From positions 49,009-113,008 of the forward strand of contig DATCTN010000007.1 in NCBI GenBank assembly GCA_036567965.1: 64,000 nt of DNA, written 5' to 3'. Under the pieces are notes generated by a model. That model ran no database searches. It was not told where the DNA came from and was given only the letters and a program-made list of their open reading frames with translations. The position numbers and the translations under genes are program-made. Shown here piece by piece: positions 38,973-48,705 of this stretch. The stretch's first letter is position 1, and each line of letters starts with the position of its first letter. This DNA is from Candidatus Kryptoniota bacterium (lineage in GTDB: Bacteria > Bacteroidota > Ignavibacteria > Kryptoniales > JAKASW01).

Positions 38973-40073
38973 ATGAACCTGCGCGACGTCATTAAAACGA
39001 TTAGTGAAAAGTTTCCGATAGAGTTGGTCAGCGAGAATGACAATGTTGGACTGATATGTGGGGATTATGAAGATGAATGCAGCAAGATGACGGTAGCGTA
39101 CGAGCTGAATGACAGAACACTCAAGGAGGCCGGGGACCTTGGTTCCAACCTCGTGGTTACCTACCACACACCGATTTTCAAGCCTGTCAGGAATCTAACA
39201 TCATCGCGAGAGAACTTTAATCCGGTTCTTCGAGCGGCTCGGATGAGTATCAATGTCTTCACAATCCACACTGCACTCGATGTGATGCACGGCGGCATCA
39301 ATTGGGACTTTGCGGAAAGATTTGGATTCAAAGACACCAAATTTCTTTCTCCGTTGAGGTCGACGCTATACAAACTTGTCGTTTTCGTTCCAGCTTCCCA
39401 TCTGGAAAGCGTTCGTAAAGCGATTTCGTTGAGCGGTGGCGGTAGAATTGGTGACTATTCTGAGTGCTCGTTCGACGTGGCGGGTAATGGAACATTTATT
39501 CCTGGTTCAGCTTCTAATCCGTTTGTCGGCACGCGCGGCAAGAGAGAAAGTGTTGAAGAGGAGCGCGTCGAGGTGGTTGTTGAGAAGCAATTCCTTGGAC
39601 GCGTGATAAAAGGGATGGTGGACGCACATCCGTACGAAGAAGTCGCGTACGATGTGTATCCGCTTGTCAACGAATCGCCAAATTACGGCTACGGCATCGT
39701 GGGCAATCTCGAGCACCCTATGGATGTGAATTTGTTCCTGGGGACGGTGAAACGAATCTTATCGCAACCCTTTGTAAGGGTCTCGCATATGAGTGAGACT
39801 GAAGTTACGAGAGTTGCGTTTTGTGCCGGCTCCGGTATGGGATTCTATGGCGACGCGGTAGGAGAAGGCGCCGACATATTTGTTACCGGTGATGTCAGGC
39901 ACCACGATTTTCGGACTGCGCGGTCAGGCAAGATGGTCCTTGTCGACGCCTCTCATTCAGGTACCGAGAGATACGCGCCTGCATTAATTCAAAAGGCCTT
40001 AAAGGAGTTGTTTACAGATAAAGTCGATGTAACGCTGGCACGGAGCCAGGAAGATAACGCTGTAATTGTATAA
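38973..40073 (+). CDS. Nif3-family dinuclear metal centre protein (with PII-like insertion)
   Basis: ENDNVGLICGD, HTALD and VTGDVRHHD. 366 aa. Confidence 0.88.
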   Translation: MNLRDVIKTISEKFPIELVSENDNVGLICGDYEDECSKMTVAYELNDRTLKEAGDLGSNLVVTYHTPIFKPVRNLTSSRENFNPVLRAARMSINVFTIHTALDVMHGGINWDFAERFGFKDTKFLSPLRSTLYKLVVFVPASHLESVRKAISLSGGGRIGDYSECSFDVAGNGTFIPGSASNPFVGTRGKRESVEEERVEVVVEKQFLGRVIKGMVDAHPYEEVAYDVYPLVNESPNYGYGIVGNLEHPMDVNLFLGTVKRILSQPFVRVSHMSETEVTRVAFCAGSGMGFYGDAVGEGADIFVTGDVRHHDFRTARSGKMVLVDASHSGTERYAPALIQKALKELFTDKVDVTLARSQEDNAVIV

Positions 40074-40091
40074 CACATCCAGGAGAATAAG

Positions 40092-40832
40092 GTGGTAGTC
40101 AAGGATAAGCTGAAGACACTCTACCAACTTCAACAGGTTGACCTCAAGCTTGATGGGTTGCTCGAAGAACGAGGGGACCTGCCCGCCGAGGTTGACGAGC
40201 TCGACAGAAAGATCTCGACGTTGACGAGTCAGATCAAGGAAAATGAAGATTATCTTAAGAAGGCCGTTGTCAGAAAAAAGGAAATTGACAAAGAACTTGA
40301 CGAGGTGAGGAAGAGGATTGATAGATACACCGATATGCGGATAAAGGTCAAGACGAACCGCGAATACGATGCTCTGAGCAAGCAGATCGACAACGCGAAA
40401 GAGAAGTTGCAGGGCCTTCATAAGGAGTTGGAGGAAATTCAGTCGAAGGAAACCACGTCCGCCCGTGACGTGGAGAAATTGAAACAGGAATTTGATGAAG
40501 AGGACAAAGTATACTCGTCAAAAAAAGTAGAGCTCGAAGAGCTCGTGTCATTGACTCACGACGAAGAAAAGAAGTACGTGAAGGAAAGGGAAAAGTTCTT
40601 TCAAAAGATAGACAAGCAGACGATCTCCAGGTACGAAATAATAAGGAAGGCCACAAAGGGAAAAGCCATCGTCCCGGTCGTGCGCCGTAACGCATGCGGT
40701 GGGTGCTACAATGTTCTGCCTCCGCAGAGGCTCCTCGATTTGCGGCAAATGGAGAAGATTTTTATTTGCGACCACTGCGGCCGGATACTGGTTCCTAACG
40801 AGATAGTCGAGGAAACGGCGCGCGATGTATGA
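40092..40832 (+). CDS. Coiled-coil protein with C-terminal C4 zinc ribbon (COG1579/DUF164-like)
   Basis: Long heptad-rich K/E region, then CGGCYNVLPPQ...CDHCGRIL. GTG start with GGAG 6 nt upstream. Confidence 0.8.
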   Translation: MVVKDKLKTLYQLQQVDLKLDGLLEERGDLPAEVDELDRKISTLTSQIKENEDYLKKAVVRKKEIDKELDEVRKRIDRYTDMRIKVKTNREYDALSKQIDNAKEKLQGLHKELEEIQSKETTSARDVEKLKQEFDEEDKVYSSKKVELEELVSLTHDEEKKYVKEREKFFQKIDKQTISRYEIIRKATKGKAIVPVVRRNACGGCYNVLPPQRLLDLRQMEKIFICDHCGRILVPNEIVEETARDV

Positions 40833-41239
40833 AGCTGACCGCAAATATTGACGGAGCGTCGTTCGGTAATCCCGGCAAAAGCGGAATCGGCGTTGTAATT
40901 CGGGATCACGCGGGGAAAGTCCTTGTAGAGCATCACGAGCATCTTGGAGAAGGGACGAATAACCGCGCGGAGTATTTTGCGCTCCTGCGTTGCATCGAGA
41001 TGGCCGAGAAATTTGAAGCCGACGAGTTGGAGATCAGATCGGACAGCCAGCTTGTTGTGTCACAGATGAACGGTCTCTACAAAATTAAGAACCGGGACCT
41101 TAAAACGCTGGCAATCAAAATCAGAGAAAAGATCAGGAATTCCAGATTGAAAATAAGATTGACTCATATTCCGAGAGAATTAAACAAAGACGCGGACAAA
41201 TTGGCGAAGAAAGGTGCCGGACTCGATGTTCAAGAGTGA
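40829..41239 (+). CDS. Ribonuclease HI-family protein (RNase H fold, RVT_3-like)
   Basis: NIDGASFGNPG (Asp1), NNRAEYFAL (Glu), IRSDSQLVV (Asp) and NKDADKLA (Asp). ATGA overlap with the upstream gene. Confidence 0.85.
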   Translation: MKLTANIDGASFGNPGKSGIGVVIRDHAGKVLVEHHEHLGEGTNNRAEYFALLRCIEMAEKFEADELEIRSDSQLVVSQMNGLYKIKNRDLKTLAIKIREKIRNSRLKIRLTHIPRELNKDADKLAKKGAGLDVQE

Positions 41240-41630
41240 GCCAGGCAGCCGTTCCGGCTTCGGCCGGAGAGGAAAGTCCGAACTCCGTATGGCAGCAGGC
41301 TGGGTAACGCCCAGGCGGGGTGACCCGACGGAAAGTGCAACAGAAAACATACCGCCGATTCCGCCTATGGCGGAAGGTAAGGGTGAAATGGTGGGGCAAG
41401 AGCCCACCGTTCCCGGTGGTGACATCGGGATGCACGGCAAACCCCCTGTGGAGCAAGACCAAGTAAGGGAGAATCCCCGGCTCACGCCGGGGGCGAGACG
41501 GCCAGCCTCGCTCGACTCCCGGGTAGGTCGCTTAAGTCGCACAGCAATGCGCGACGTAGATAAATGGCTGCCTCTTCCTTCCGCTTCCTGCGGCAGGGAA
41601 AAGACAGAATTCGGCTTACCGGCTCACTCT
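41233..41630 (+). ncRNA. rnpB: RNase P RNA, bacterial type A
   Basis: GAGGAAAGUCCG, GGUAACGCC, AGUGCAACAGAAAACAUACCGCC, GGUAAGGGUGAAA, GGCAAGAGC, CCCGGGUAGGUCGCUUAAG and ACAGAAUUCGGCUUACCGG line up with E. coli M1 RNA. P1 is AGAGUGAGCC (41233-41242) paired with GGCUCACUCU (41621-41630). P2 is GGCAGCC paired with GGCUGCC. Confidence 0.95.
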
Positions 41631-41662
41631 CATTCTATTTCCTCCGGACCGGGAGGAAACTG

Positions 41663-43351
41663 ATGAATTATAACTGGAAACTCCTGGGGCAATCGGACCC
41701 GGCAGCGATCTCGGTCCTCGCGAAAGTGTTGGAGGTAAAACCCATCGTAGCCCAGCTCCTCTTGCAGCGCGGCCTCGACACTCCCGAAAAGGCGAGGATG
41801 TTCTTCTCTTCTTCATTGAAGGACCAGCATGATTCGTTTCTGATCGACGGAATGGAAAAGGCTGTCCAGCGGGTACTGAACGCGCTTGAACGCAACGAGA
41901 AGATACTGATATACGGAGACTACGATGTGGACGGCACCACCGGCGCCGCGCTGCTGTACATGTTCTTCACGAAACTCGGAGCCGATGCGGATTATTACAT
42001 ACCTGATCGGATCAAGGAAGGATATGGAGTAAGCTCCGTAGGAATTGATTTCGCTGTCGCGAACGGTTTCAGCCTCCTCATAACCGTCGACTGTGGAGTA
42101 GCTGCGTCGAAGGAAATCGCTTTTGCTTCGTCGAAGGGGATCGACACGATTGTCTGCGACCATCATGAAGTGGAGTCGACACCTCAGGCCCTTGCTGTGC
42201 TGGATCCTATCAAGCCCGGATGCAATTATCCGTTCAAGTATCTTTCCGGATGCGGGGTAGCTTACAAGTTTGCCAAAGCTGTTTCAACGAAGCTGGGAAA
42301 GAGTGAACTGCCGGATGAGTACCTCGACCTTGTGGCGATAGCCGCGGCGGCAGATGTCGTTCCTCTCGTTGGTGAAAATCGGATATTCGTTCAAGCGGGA
42401 TTCGAGGGGATCGCCCGCCATCCTCGGGCCGGCATTAAGGCGCTGTTCCAGAGTTCGCGCGTCGATCATAGTAAGCTCACGACTGGCCAGGTTTCTTTCA
42501 ACATCGCGCCAAGAATAAACGCCGTGGGTAGACTGGGAGATGCCAAGCGGGCAGTTGAGCTTTTAATCACGGATAACGAAGAGGTAGCCGCCGAGTTTGC
42601 TCAGGTCCTTGAAAGCGAAAACTCCCACAGGCGCATCATAGACGAGAAGACTTTTGAAGAAGCGAATGAACTTGCGCTCATGCTGATGGCAGGGAGTGAC
42701 AGGAATTCACTTGTGCTGCACAAGAGCACGTGGCATCCCGGTGTGTTGGGAATTGTCGCATCGAGAATTGTGGAGACATATTACAAGCCCACCGTGATGT
42801 TGACTTCAATCGATCAAGAGATCAGGGGAAGCGCGAGGAGCGTGGTCGGTTACGACATGTTTGCGGCACTAAAGGAGTGTTCGGGACTCCTCCTTCAGTT
42901 TGGCGGACACAAGTTCGCTGCGGGCCTTGCGATGGCGCCCGAAAATGTTGAAAAGTTCACATCATTGTTCGAGGAGGTGGTGTCGAGAACAATCACTGAG
43001 GAGATGAAGACCCCCGTGATTTCCATCGACGCTGATCTCAATCTTAACGATGTCGACGGCAGTTTCATGCGGGCGCTCAAGCTTTTCGAGCCGTTCGGCC
43101 CTCACAACTCTAAGCCCGTGTTTCGGACCTCCAACGTGTATCTCAGCGATGCGCGTATAGTCGGGAATTCTCATCTCCGCATGAAGTTGAAATCTGACGG
43201 CACGACGTTCGACGCGATAAGGTTCAGAAATGGCACTAACACTCTCAAGCCGGGCACCAGACTCGATGTCGTGTATTCGGTGGATGAAAATCACTATGCG
43301 GGCGACGTATATTATCAGTTGCAACTCAAGGATTATAAGAAGTCGGAATAA
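41663..43351 (+). CDS. recJ: Single-stranded-DNA-specific exonuclease RecJ
   Basis: ILIYGDYDVDGTTG, TVDCG, VCDHHE (DHH) and GGHKFAAG (DHHA1). Start trimmed to MNYNWKLL, preceded by GGAGG. The track ORF's 5' extension overlaps rnpB. Confidence 0.92.
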   Translation: MNYNWKLLGQSDPAAISVLAKVLEVKPIVAQLLLQRGLDTPEKARMFFSSSLKDQHDSFLIDGMEKAVQRVLNALERNEKILIYGDYDVDGTTGAALLYMFFTKLGADADYYIPDRIKEGYGVSSVGIDFAVANGFSLLITVDCGVAASKEIAFASSKGIDTIVCDHHEVESTPQALAVLDPIKPGCNYPFKYLSGCGVAYKFAKAVSTKLGKSELPDEYLDLVAIAAAADVVPLVGENRIFVQAGFEGIARHPRAGIKALFQSSRVDHSKLTTGQVSFNIAPRINAVGRLGDAKRAVELLITDNEEVAAEFAQVLESENSHRRIIDEKTFEEANELALMLMAGSDRNSLVLHKSTWHPGVLGIVASRIVETYYKPTVMLTSIDQEIRGSARSVVGYDMFAALKECSGLLLQFGGHKFAAGLAMAPENVEKFTSLFEEVVSRTITEEMKTPVISIDADLNLNDVDGSFMRALKLFEPFGPHNSKPVFRTSNVYLSDARIVGNSHLRMKLKSDGTTFDAIRFRNGTNTLKPGTRLDVVYSVDENHYAGDVYYQLQLKDYKKSE

Positions 43352-43370
43352 AGTTTTAGGAGGTTGAATT

Positions 43371-44120
43371 ATGTCCGGTCATAACAAATGGGCGAAGATC
43401 AAACACAAGAAGGCTGGAACCGACGCGCAGCGGGGAAAGCTCTTCAGTCGCATCATCAAAGAAATCACGATCGCGGCTCGCAACGGAGGCGGAGACCTAA
43501 ACGGAAATCCGAGACTGCGGCTCGCGGTTCAAAACGCGAAGAACGCGAATATGCCTGCCGACAATATCAAGCGGGCGATCCAGAGAGGGACAGGTGAGTT
43601 GCCGGGAACTGTCTACGAAGAGATTACTTATGAATGTTACGGTCCGGCCGGAGTGGCACTCATGATCGAACTTGTCACGGACAACAAGAACCGTACTGTC
43701 GCGGAGCTCCGCCACATACTCGACCGCAACAACGGCAAACTCGCCGAGGCAGGCTCGGTCGCGTGGATGTTCCAGAAGAAAGGAAGCCTGGAAATTCCAA
43801 AGAGCACGATCAAGGAAGATGACCTCCTCGCAATCATTCTCGATGCCGGCGCGGATGATATGAAGACAGAGGACGATTATTACGAGGTCACTACTTCTGC
43901 CGAGACATTCGATGCGGTTAAAAAGGCGATTGAAGACAAGAGCCTGACCATCTCCAACGCCTCACTACAGCTCCAGCCCCAGAACACTGTGCGCGTCGAG
44001 GGTAAGGAAGCCGAGCAGGTACTCAAATTGATGGAAGCGCTTGAAGAACACGAAGATGTCCAGAACGTGTATGCTAATTTCGACATCGACGACAGTGTTC
44101 TTGCCCAACTCAATCAATGA
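43371..44120 (+). CDS. yebC: YebC/PmpR-family DNA-binding transcriptional regulator
   Basis: MSGHNKWAKIKHKKAGTDAQRGKLFSR is the canonical N-terminus. 249 aa. Confidence 0.93.
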   Translation: MSGHNKWAKIKHKKAGTDAQRGKLFSRIIKEITIAARNGGGDLNGNPRLRLAVQNAKNANMPADNIKRAIQRGTGELPGTVYEEITYECYGPAGVALMIELVTDNKNRTVAELRHILDRNNGKLAEAGSVAWMFQKKGSLEIPKSTIKEDDLLAIILDAGADDMKTEDDYYEVTTSAETFDAVKKAIEDKSLTISNASLQLQPQNTVRVEGKEAEQVLKLMEALEEHEDVQNVYANFDIDDSVLAQLNQ

Positions 44121-44671
44121 TCGTCCTGGGCATCGATCCCGGCTCGCGCAAGACCGGATATGCGGTGCTCGATACCGGGCGCAAAATCGGATCGGCTCTT
44201 GAGTATGGCACGATCAAACTTACCGATCTAAAGTCTATGCCCGAAAAGCTCGTGAGGATCTTTGAGAGGGTGACCGGTCTCCTGGCGAAATACAGGATCG
44301 AATCGGTGGCGGTCGAGGCAGGATTTTACGGCAAGAACGCTCAGAGCGCCTACAAATTGGGATACGCCCGAAGTGCGGCTGTTCTCGCGGCAGCGCTCGG
44401 AAGAATTGAGGTCGTGGAGTACTCCCCCCGCAAAGTGAAACAAGCCGTGACCGGAAATGGTGAGGCAAGCAAAACCCAGGTGAAGTTTATGGTGAAAAAA
44501 CTCCTTGGCTTGAAGAATGACGCACAGATCAAGGAAGACGAAGCCGACGCGTGCGCAGTAGCTATTTGTCATTCGCACACCAGGCGGTCATTGAAACGCG
44601 GATACAGGAACTGGAAAGAGTTCGTTGAAGCCAATAAAGACCGAGTCATTCGCACATCAGGACAACGTTAA
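44117..44671 (+). CDS. ruvC: Crossover junction endodeoxyribonuclease RuvC
   Basis: IVLGIDPGSRKTGYAV and EDEADACAVAICH. ATGA overlap with yebC. Confidence 0.92.
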   Translation: MIVLGIDPGSRKTGYAVLDTGRKIGSALEYGTIKLTDLKSMPEKLVRIFERVTGLLAKYRIESVAVEAGFYGKNAQSAYKLGYARSAAVLAAALGRIEVVEYSPRKVKQAVTGNGEASKTQVKFMVKKLLGLKNDAQIKEDEADACAVAICHSHTRRSLKRGYRNWKEFVEANKDRVIRTSGQR

Positions 44672-45268
44672 ATGATATATCGACTTACCGGGAAACTTCT
44701 TGAAAAAAATCCAACGACGTTTGTCATCGACGTAAACGGGGTAGCTTATGAAGTCAGCGTGCCGATCTCGACGTTTGACAGCTCGGGAAAAGTAAACGAA
44801 TCCATTTCACTTTATACTGTTCTCGTGCTTAGAGAGAATGACCTCCAGTTGTACGGATTCGCGACCGCAGAAGAACAGACTTTGTTTAAGCTTCTTATAA
44901 GCGTGAGCGGTATTGGTCCCAAGACCGGGTTGAGTCTTCTTTCGTCGGCATCTGTCAATGATATCTATGGATTCATATCGACATCCAACACTGCGGCGCT
45001 GATGTCTTTGCCGGGAGTTGGAAGGAAGACGGCCGAACGTGTAATACTCGAGTTACGCGATAAGGTCGCTCGGTTGGACGCTGGCCGGCAGGCGGTCGGG
45101 ATCCCGGGAAATGAGGATGTGCGATCAAGAGCAGCCGATGCCCTCGTAGCACTCGGCTATACCAGGATTCAATGCGAACGCGCTATCAGGGAGGTTCTGA
45201 AAAGAGATTCGTCAGCGGGGAACTCGGTGGAAGACCTCGTGCGGGCAGCGCTGAGAGAAGTCAAGTAG
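44672..45268 (+). CDS. ruvA: Holliday junction branch migration complex subunit RuvA
   Basis: MIYRLTGKL, LISVSGIGPKTGLSLLS and LPGVGRKTAERV (HhH motifs). Confidence 0.92.
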   Translation: MIYRLTGKLLEKNPTTFVIDVNGVAYEVSVPISTFDSSGKVNESISLYTVLVLRENDLQLYGFATAEEQTLFKLLISVSGIGPKTGLSLLSSASVNDIYGFISTSNTAALMSLPGVGRKTAERVILELRDKVARLDAGRQAVGIPGNEDVRSRAADALVALGYTRIQCERAIREVLKRDSSAGNSVEDLVRAALREVK

Positions 45269-45478
45269 CCTGGCTCCCTTCGTTATCCATTAATGACAAT
45301 CCGTGCCCACTATCTTTTGTATCATTCACCGGAAATCTTGCACGTTACAATGAGGTGATTGTATGCATCTTGATCACTTCTTGAATTTATTTTTCTTCAG
45401 CTGACAATTCGATTTCGACAAAATGGTACATGCCGAAAGAAGGCGTAACAGAAGTGGAACACGACGGCACGTTTCATT

Positions 45479-45507
45479 TTGAAAATTTTTGATCATCAAA
45501 CTATATT
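45479..45507 (+). promoter_or_regulatory. Sigma-70-type promoter candidate (TTGAAA-17 nt-TATATT) predicting a leaderless alr mRNA
   Basis: -35 at 45479-45484, a 17-nt spacer, -10 at 45502-45507. The position 7 nt after the -10 is the A of the alr ATG (45514). Confidence 0.4.
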
Positions 45508-45513
45508 GAATCA

Positions 45514-46656
45514 ATGAGGATGACAAGAGCCGAAGTAGATCTTTCGGCGATCAGTTATAACATAAAGCAGGTTGCCCATCGAGTGGGTGCGAACACGCGA
45601 ATTTTAGGGGTTATGAAGGCTAACGCGTATGGACACGGATTAGCAGCGGCCTCCCAGGCGGTGCTTGAATCAGGAGCAAGCTATCTCGGCGTCGCGTTCG
45701 ACGAGGAAGGCATCGACCTGAGAAAACACACTCAAGTACCCATCCTCGTCTTCTCGCCTCCCATTGAGGATTCATTCGAAAGTTATATCCGCTTTGATCT
45801 TGATTCGACTTTGACTTCTGTCGTAACTGCGTATTCATTAAACGCGGTAGCCCGGGCGAGCGGGCGCAAGGCGAGAGTCCAGATTAAAGTCGACACGGGA
45901 ATGGGAAGACTGGGCTTCTTTCCGAAAGAGGCACTCGATGCGGTGCGCGTAATCTCCAGTCTCGATTCGTTGACTCTTGTCGGCGTGTACTCGCATTTCG
46001 CAACTTCGGACGAAGCGAACAAGGAGTTCGCCCTGAGACAGCTCACCGCTTTCAGGGGAGTGGTCGCGGGGGTAAAGGACATGGGCCTTGACTCTCTCAT
46101 CTTTCATATGGCGAACAGCGGGGCAATTCTTGACATGCACGACACCTCCTTCGATATGGTTCGACCGGGGATAATGTCGTACGGATATTACCCGTCGATT
46201 GAAACTTCAGAGTCTGTCGACATCAAACCCGCTCTCTCATTGAAGTCGGCGGTTGCGCAGGTGAAGAATTTCCCTGCGGGCGCGAGTGTGAGCTACGGCA
46301 GAAGATATTTCACAAAGAAGAACTGCAGAATCGCCGTGATTCCTGTAGGATACGGCGATGGCTTCACTCGGCTTCTTACCGGCAAGGCGAACGTCATTAT
46401 TAAAGGCAAGAAGTTTCCGGTCGTAGGAACCATTACGATGGACCACGTGATGGTGGACGTAGGTGCAGAGTATGACATACAACCAGGTGACGAAGTAACG
46501 CTAATCGGCAGAGATGGAGAAGAGTCGATAACGGCCTGGGACCTTGCGGCCAGCATCGGCACCATTCCGTATGAGATTCTCTGCATGATAAACGGACGTG
46601 TGCCTAGAGTATACAATGGCATCGAACCCTCCCATGGCGAGCGTGAGAATCCATGA
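45514..46656 (+). CDS. alr: Alanine racemase
   Basis: GVMKANAYGHG (PLP-Lys), MANSGAIL and SYGRRY. Confidence 0.93.
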   Translation: MRMTRAEVDLSAISYNIKQVAHRVGANTRILGVMKANAYGHGLAAASQAVLESGASYLGVAFDEEGIDLRKHTQVPILVFSPPIEDSFESYIRFDLDSTLTSVVTAYSLNAVARASGRKARVQIKVDTGMGRLGFFPKEALDAVRVISSLDSLTLVGVYSHFATSDEANKEFALRQLTAFRGVVAGVKDMGLDSLIFHMANSGAILDMHDTSFDMVRPGIMSYGYYPSIETSESVDIKPALSLKSAVAQVKNFPAGASVSYGRRYFTKKNCRIAVIPVGYGDGFTRLLTGKANVIIKGKKFPVVGTITMDHVMVDVGAEYDIQPGDEVTLIGRDGEESITAWDLAASIGTIPYEILCMINGRVPRVYNGIEPSHGERENP

Positions 46657-47732
46657 GGGTTTTTGGAGTGATAATGGCGGGCGGCGTCGGCTCAAGACTG
46701 TGGCCGCAAAGCAGACAGGGAAGACCGAAGCAGTTCCAGGTATTATTCGGAGACCGCACGCTGTACCAGCGGACATTCGACAGGTTGACGAGGATTGTCA
46801 GTCCCGATAACATTTTCGTCGTGACCAACAAGGCACAGGAAGCCAACGCGGCGGAACAGCTCCCGAACCTTCCGAAGAAGAACCTTATTGTTGAACCTGT
46901 CGGGCGGAGCACTGCGCCTTGCATCGCCCTGGCGGCATGCGCGATCTCCTCAGTTACTGAAGACGCGGTAATGATGGTCTTTCCGGCGGATCATCTGATC
47001 TCTGGCGAAGATAACTTCGTGGCACAATTGAAGGATGCTGTCCGTCTCGCCCAAAAGCGGCGCGCCCTGGTTACTATCGGCATAAGACCCACATACCCGG
47101 AAACAGGATTCGGATACATCCACTATGACGAAAACCGCGATGAAGAGTTGTATCTCCATGGTGGACATTCGGTGATCGCGTTTAAAGAAAAGCCGGACCA
47201 TGACACGGCGGTGAAATTCCTATCGGAAGGGAATTACCTCTGGAACAGCGGGATGTTTGTCTGGCGTGTCGATGTTATACTCGAAGAGCTCCGCAAGAAT
47301 CTGGAGGGCTTCTCCGAATTTTTCGAACCTCTCAGGAGAAGTTTCGGCGGACCAGAATTCGGCAAACAGATAGAGAACTTTTATGCGAAGATCAGCTCGA
47401 TTTCTATCGATTATGCCGTCATGGAGAAAGCGGAAGGTGTCCTTACTCTTCCCGGCAAATTCGGCTGGAGCGACGTCGGTTCATGGGACGAAGTATATAA
47501 GTTGAGTAACAAGGATGAAGATGGAAACAGTCTTCATGGTCCGATCCTCAAGATCGGAAGCAGCAACAATCTTGTTTGGGCACAGGAAAAGACATTCGTC
47601 CTCGCAGATATTAAAGACTTGATAATCATCGAAACAAAGGATTCCGTACTGATTTGTAAAAGAGGAAGTTCACAGAGCGTCAAGGAAATAGTTGAGATAT
47701 TGAGGAAGCAGGACAGACAGGATCTGATTTGA
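46653..47732 (+). CDS. manC: Mannose-1-phosphate guanylyltransferase (no isomerase domain)
   Basis: FGVIMAGGVGSRLWPQSR, GYIHY and FKEKPD. 359 aa. Confidence 0.85.
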   Translation: MRVFGVIMAGGVGSRLWPQSRQGRPKQFQVLFGDRTLYQRTFDRLTRIVSPDNIFVVTNKAQEANAAEQLPNLPKKNLIVEPVGRSTAPCIALAACAISSVTEDAVMMVFPADHLISGEDNFVAQLKDAVRLAQKRRALVTIGIRPTYPETGFGYIHYDENRDEELYLHGGHSVIAFKEKPDHDTAVKFLSEGNYLWNSGMFVWRVDVILEELRKNLEGFSEFFEPLRRSFGGPEFGKQIENFYAKISSISIDYAVMEKAEGVLTLPGKFGWSDVGSWDEVYKLSNKDEDGNSLHGPILKIGSSNNLVWAQEKTFVLADIKDLIIIETKDSVLICKRGSSQSVKEIVEILRKQDRQDLI

Positions 47733-48172
47733 AGAAACTGACCGTCGTGACGTCGGTTCTTGTGGCGCTTTCATTGGCAGGGTGCTCTGCCGCGGCAAGG
47801 TTTGGCCAACCTTCGGGTCAAACCGAAGTCACCATGTCATCTCCTAGTTCTCCGTCGGGCAGGGCTCTCCTTAGCATCGAGGGTATCGCCTCCTACTATG
47901 CCGACGAGTTTAACGCCAGAAAGACGGCAAGTGGAGAAATCTTCGACAAGAATGCTCTCACCGCCGCGCACAGGGAGTTCCCGTTTGGTACGGTGTTGCG
48001 TGTGACCAACCTGAGCAACGGTAAGTCTGTCGAGGTTACTGTCAACGACCGCGGTCCGGTTGACAAAACCAGAATCATAGATCTTTCGGAGGGGGCCGCC
48101 CGTGCGTTAGATATGATTCAGACCGGAACGACTAAGGTTAGACTCGACGTCCTCAAGTGGGGAGAGAAATAG
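47729..48172 (+). CDS. rlpA: RlpA-family septal ring lytic transglycosylase-like lipoprotein (DPBB domain)
   Basis: Lipobox LSLAGC, GIASYYADEFNARKTASGEIFD and VTVNDRGP. Confidence 0.88.
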   Translation: MKKLTVVTSVLVALSLAGCSAAARFGQPSGQTEVTMSSPSSPSGRALLSIEGIASYYADEFNARKTASGEIFDKNALTAAHREFPFGTVLRVTNLSNGKSVEVTVNDRGPVDKTRIIDLSEGAARALDMIQTGTTKVRLDVLKWGEK

Positions 48173-48175
48173 GTC

Positions 48176-48694
48176 GTGCAGGAATACTCGTCCGAAGACA
48201 TACGGAGTATTTTTCGCACGAGTGGGGATTTCAACGAACTGTTCGAGGCGTTCAGATCTGCAATCGAAAAAGGTTTGAATGACCTCGATGCATATCGGGA
48301 ATTATTCTGGAACCAGACCCTCAAACCGGAAGAGCTTCTTTTCTTCGCGAAGAAACTTGGAGAGGTCTTTCCTGAAATCGGATATGATACATATATCTGG
48401 TTGTCTGAGGTGATGAACACGCGCTTCGATACAGAAGACACGCTTGAGCTGGCGTTTCTCTGTTTGAAGAAAGCTTCTGAGTTTAATCCCAAGTCGACCG
48501 ACCCTTACTTGCTTGCGTGTGAACTATACGATGAGGATCTGAGGATCCCAACACTTCAAAGCATCATGTCGTTTCTCAAAGGAGGTGTCGGGATCGTCGA
48601 GAATTCAAAGGTGCTCTGCGGGAGGCTCGCCACTATGTACAAGTCGCTCGGCAACGACGAGATGTTCAGGTATTACAGCGATATGGCTGGCTAG
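48176..48694 (+). CDS. Hypothetical protein (172 aa, helical, no family recognised)
   Basis: GTG-initiated ORF 3 nt after rlpA, within a co-directional array. Confidence 0.5.
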   Translation: MQEYSSEDIRSIFRTSGDFNELFEAFRSAIEKGLNDLDAYRELFWNQTLKPEELLFFAKKLGEVFPEIGYDTYIWLSEVMNTRFDTEDTLELAFLCLKKASEFNPKSTDPYLLACELYDEDLRIPTLQSIMSFLKGGVGIVENSKVLCGRLATMYKSLGNDEMFRYYSDMAG

Positions 48695-48705
48695 TCACCG
48701 ATAAG

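Noticed and set aside
41133-41663. Three overlapping ORFs of 109-149 aa on both strands, plus the 5' extension of the recJ ORF (41564-41662).
   Set aside because: They cover the RNase P RNA gene. The open frames are a by-product of the GC-rich structured RNA. recJ has a proper GGAGG + ATG at 41663.
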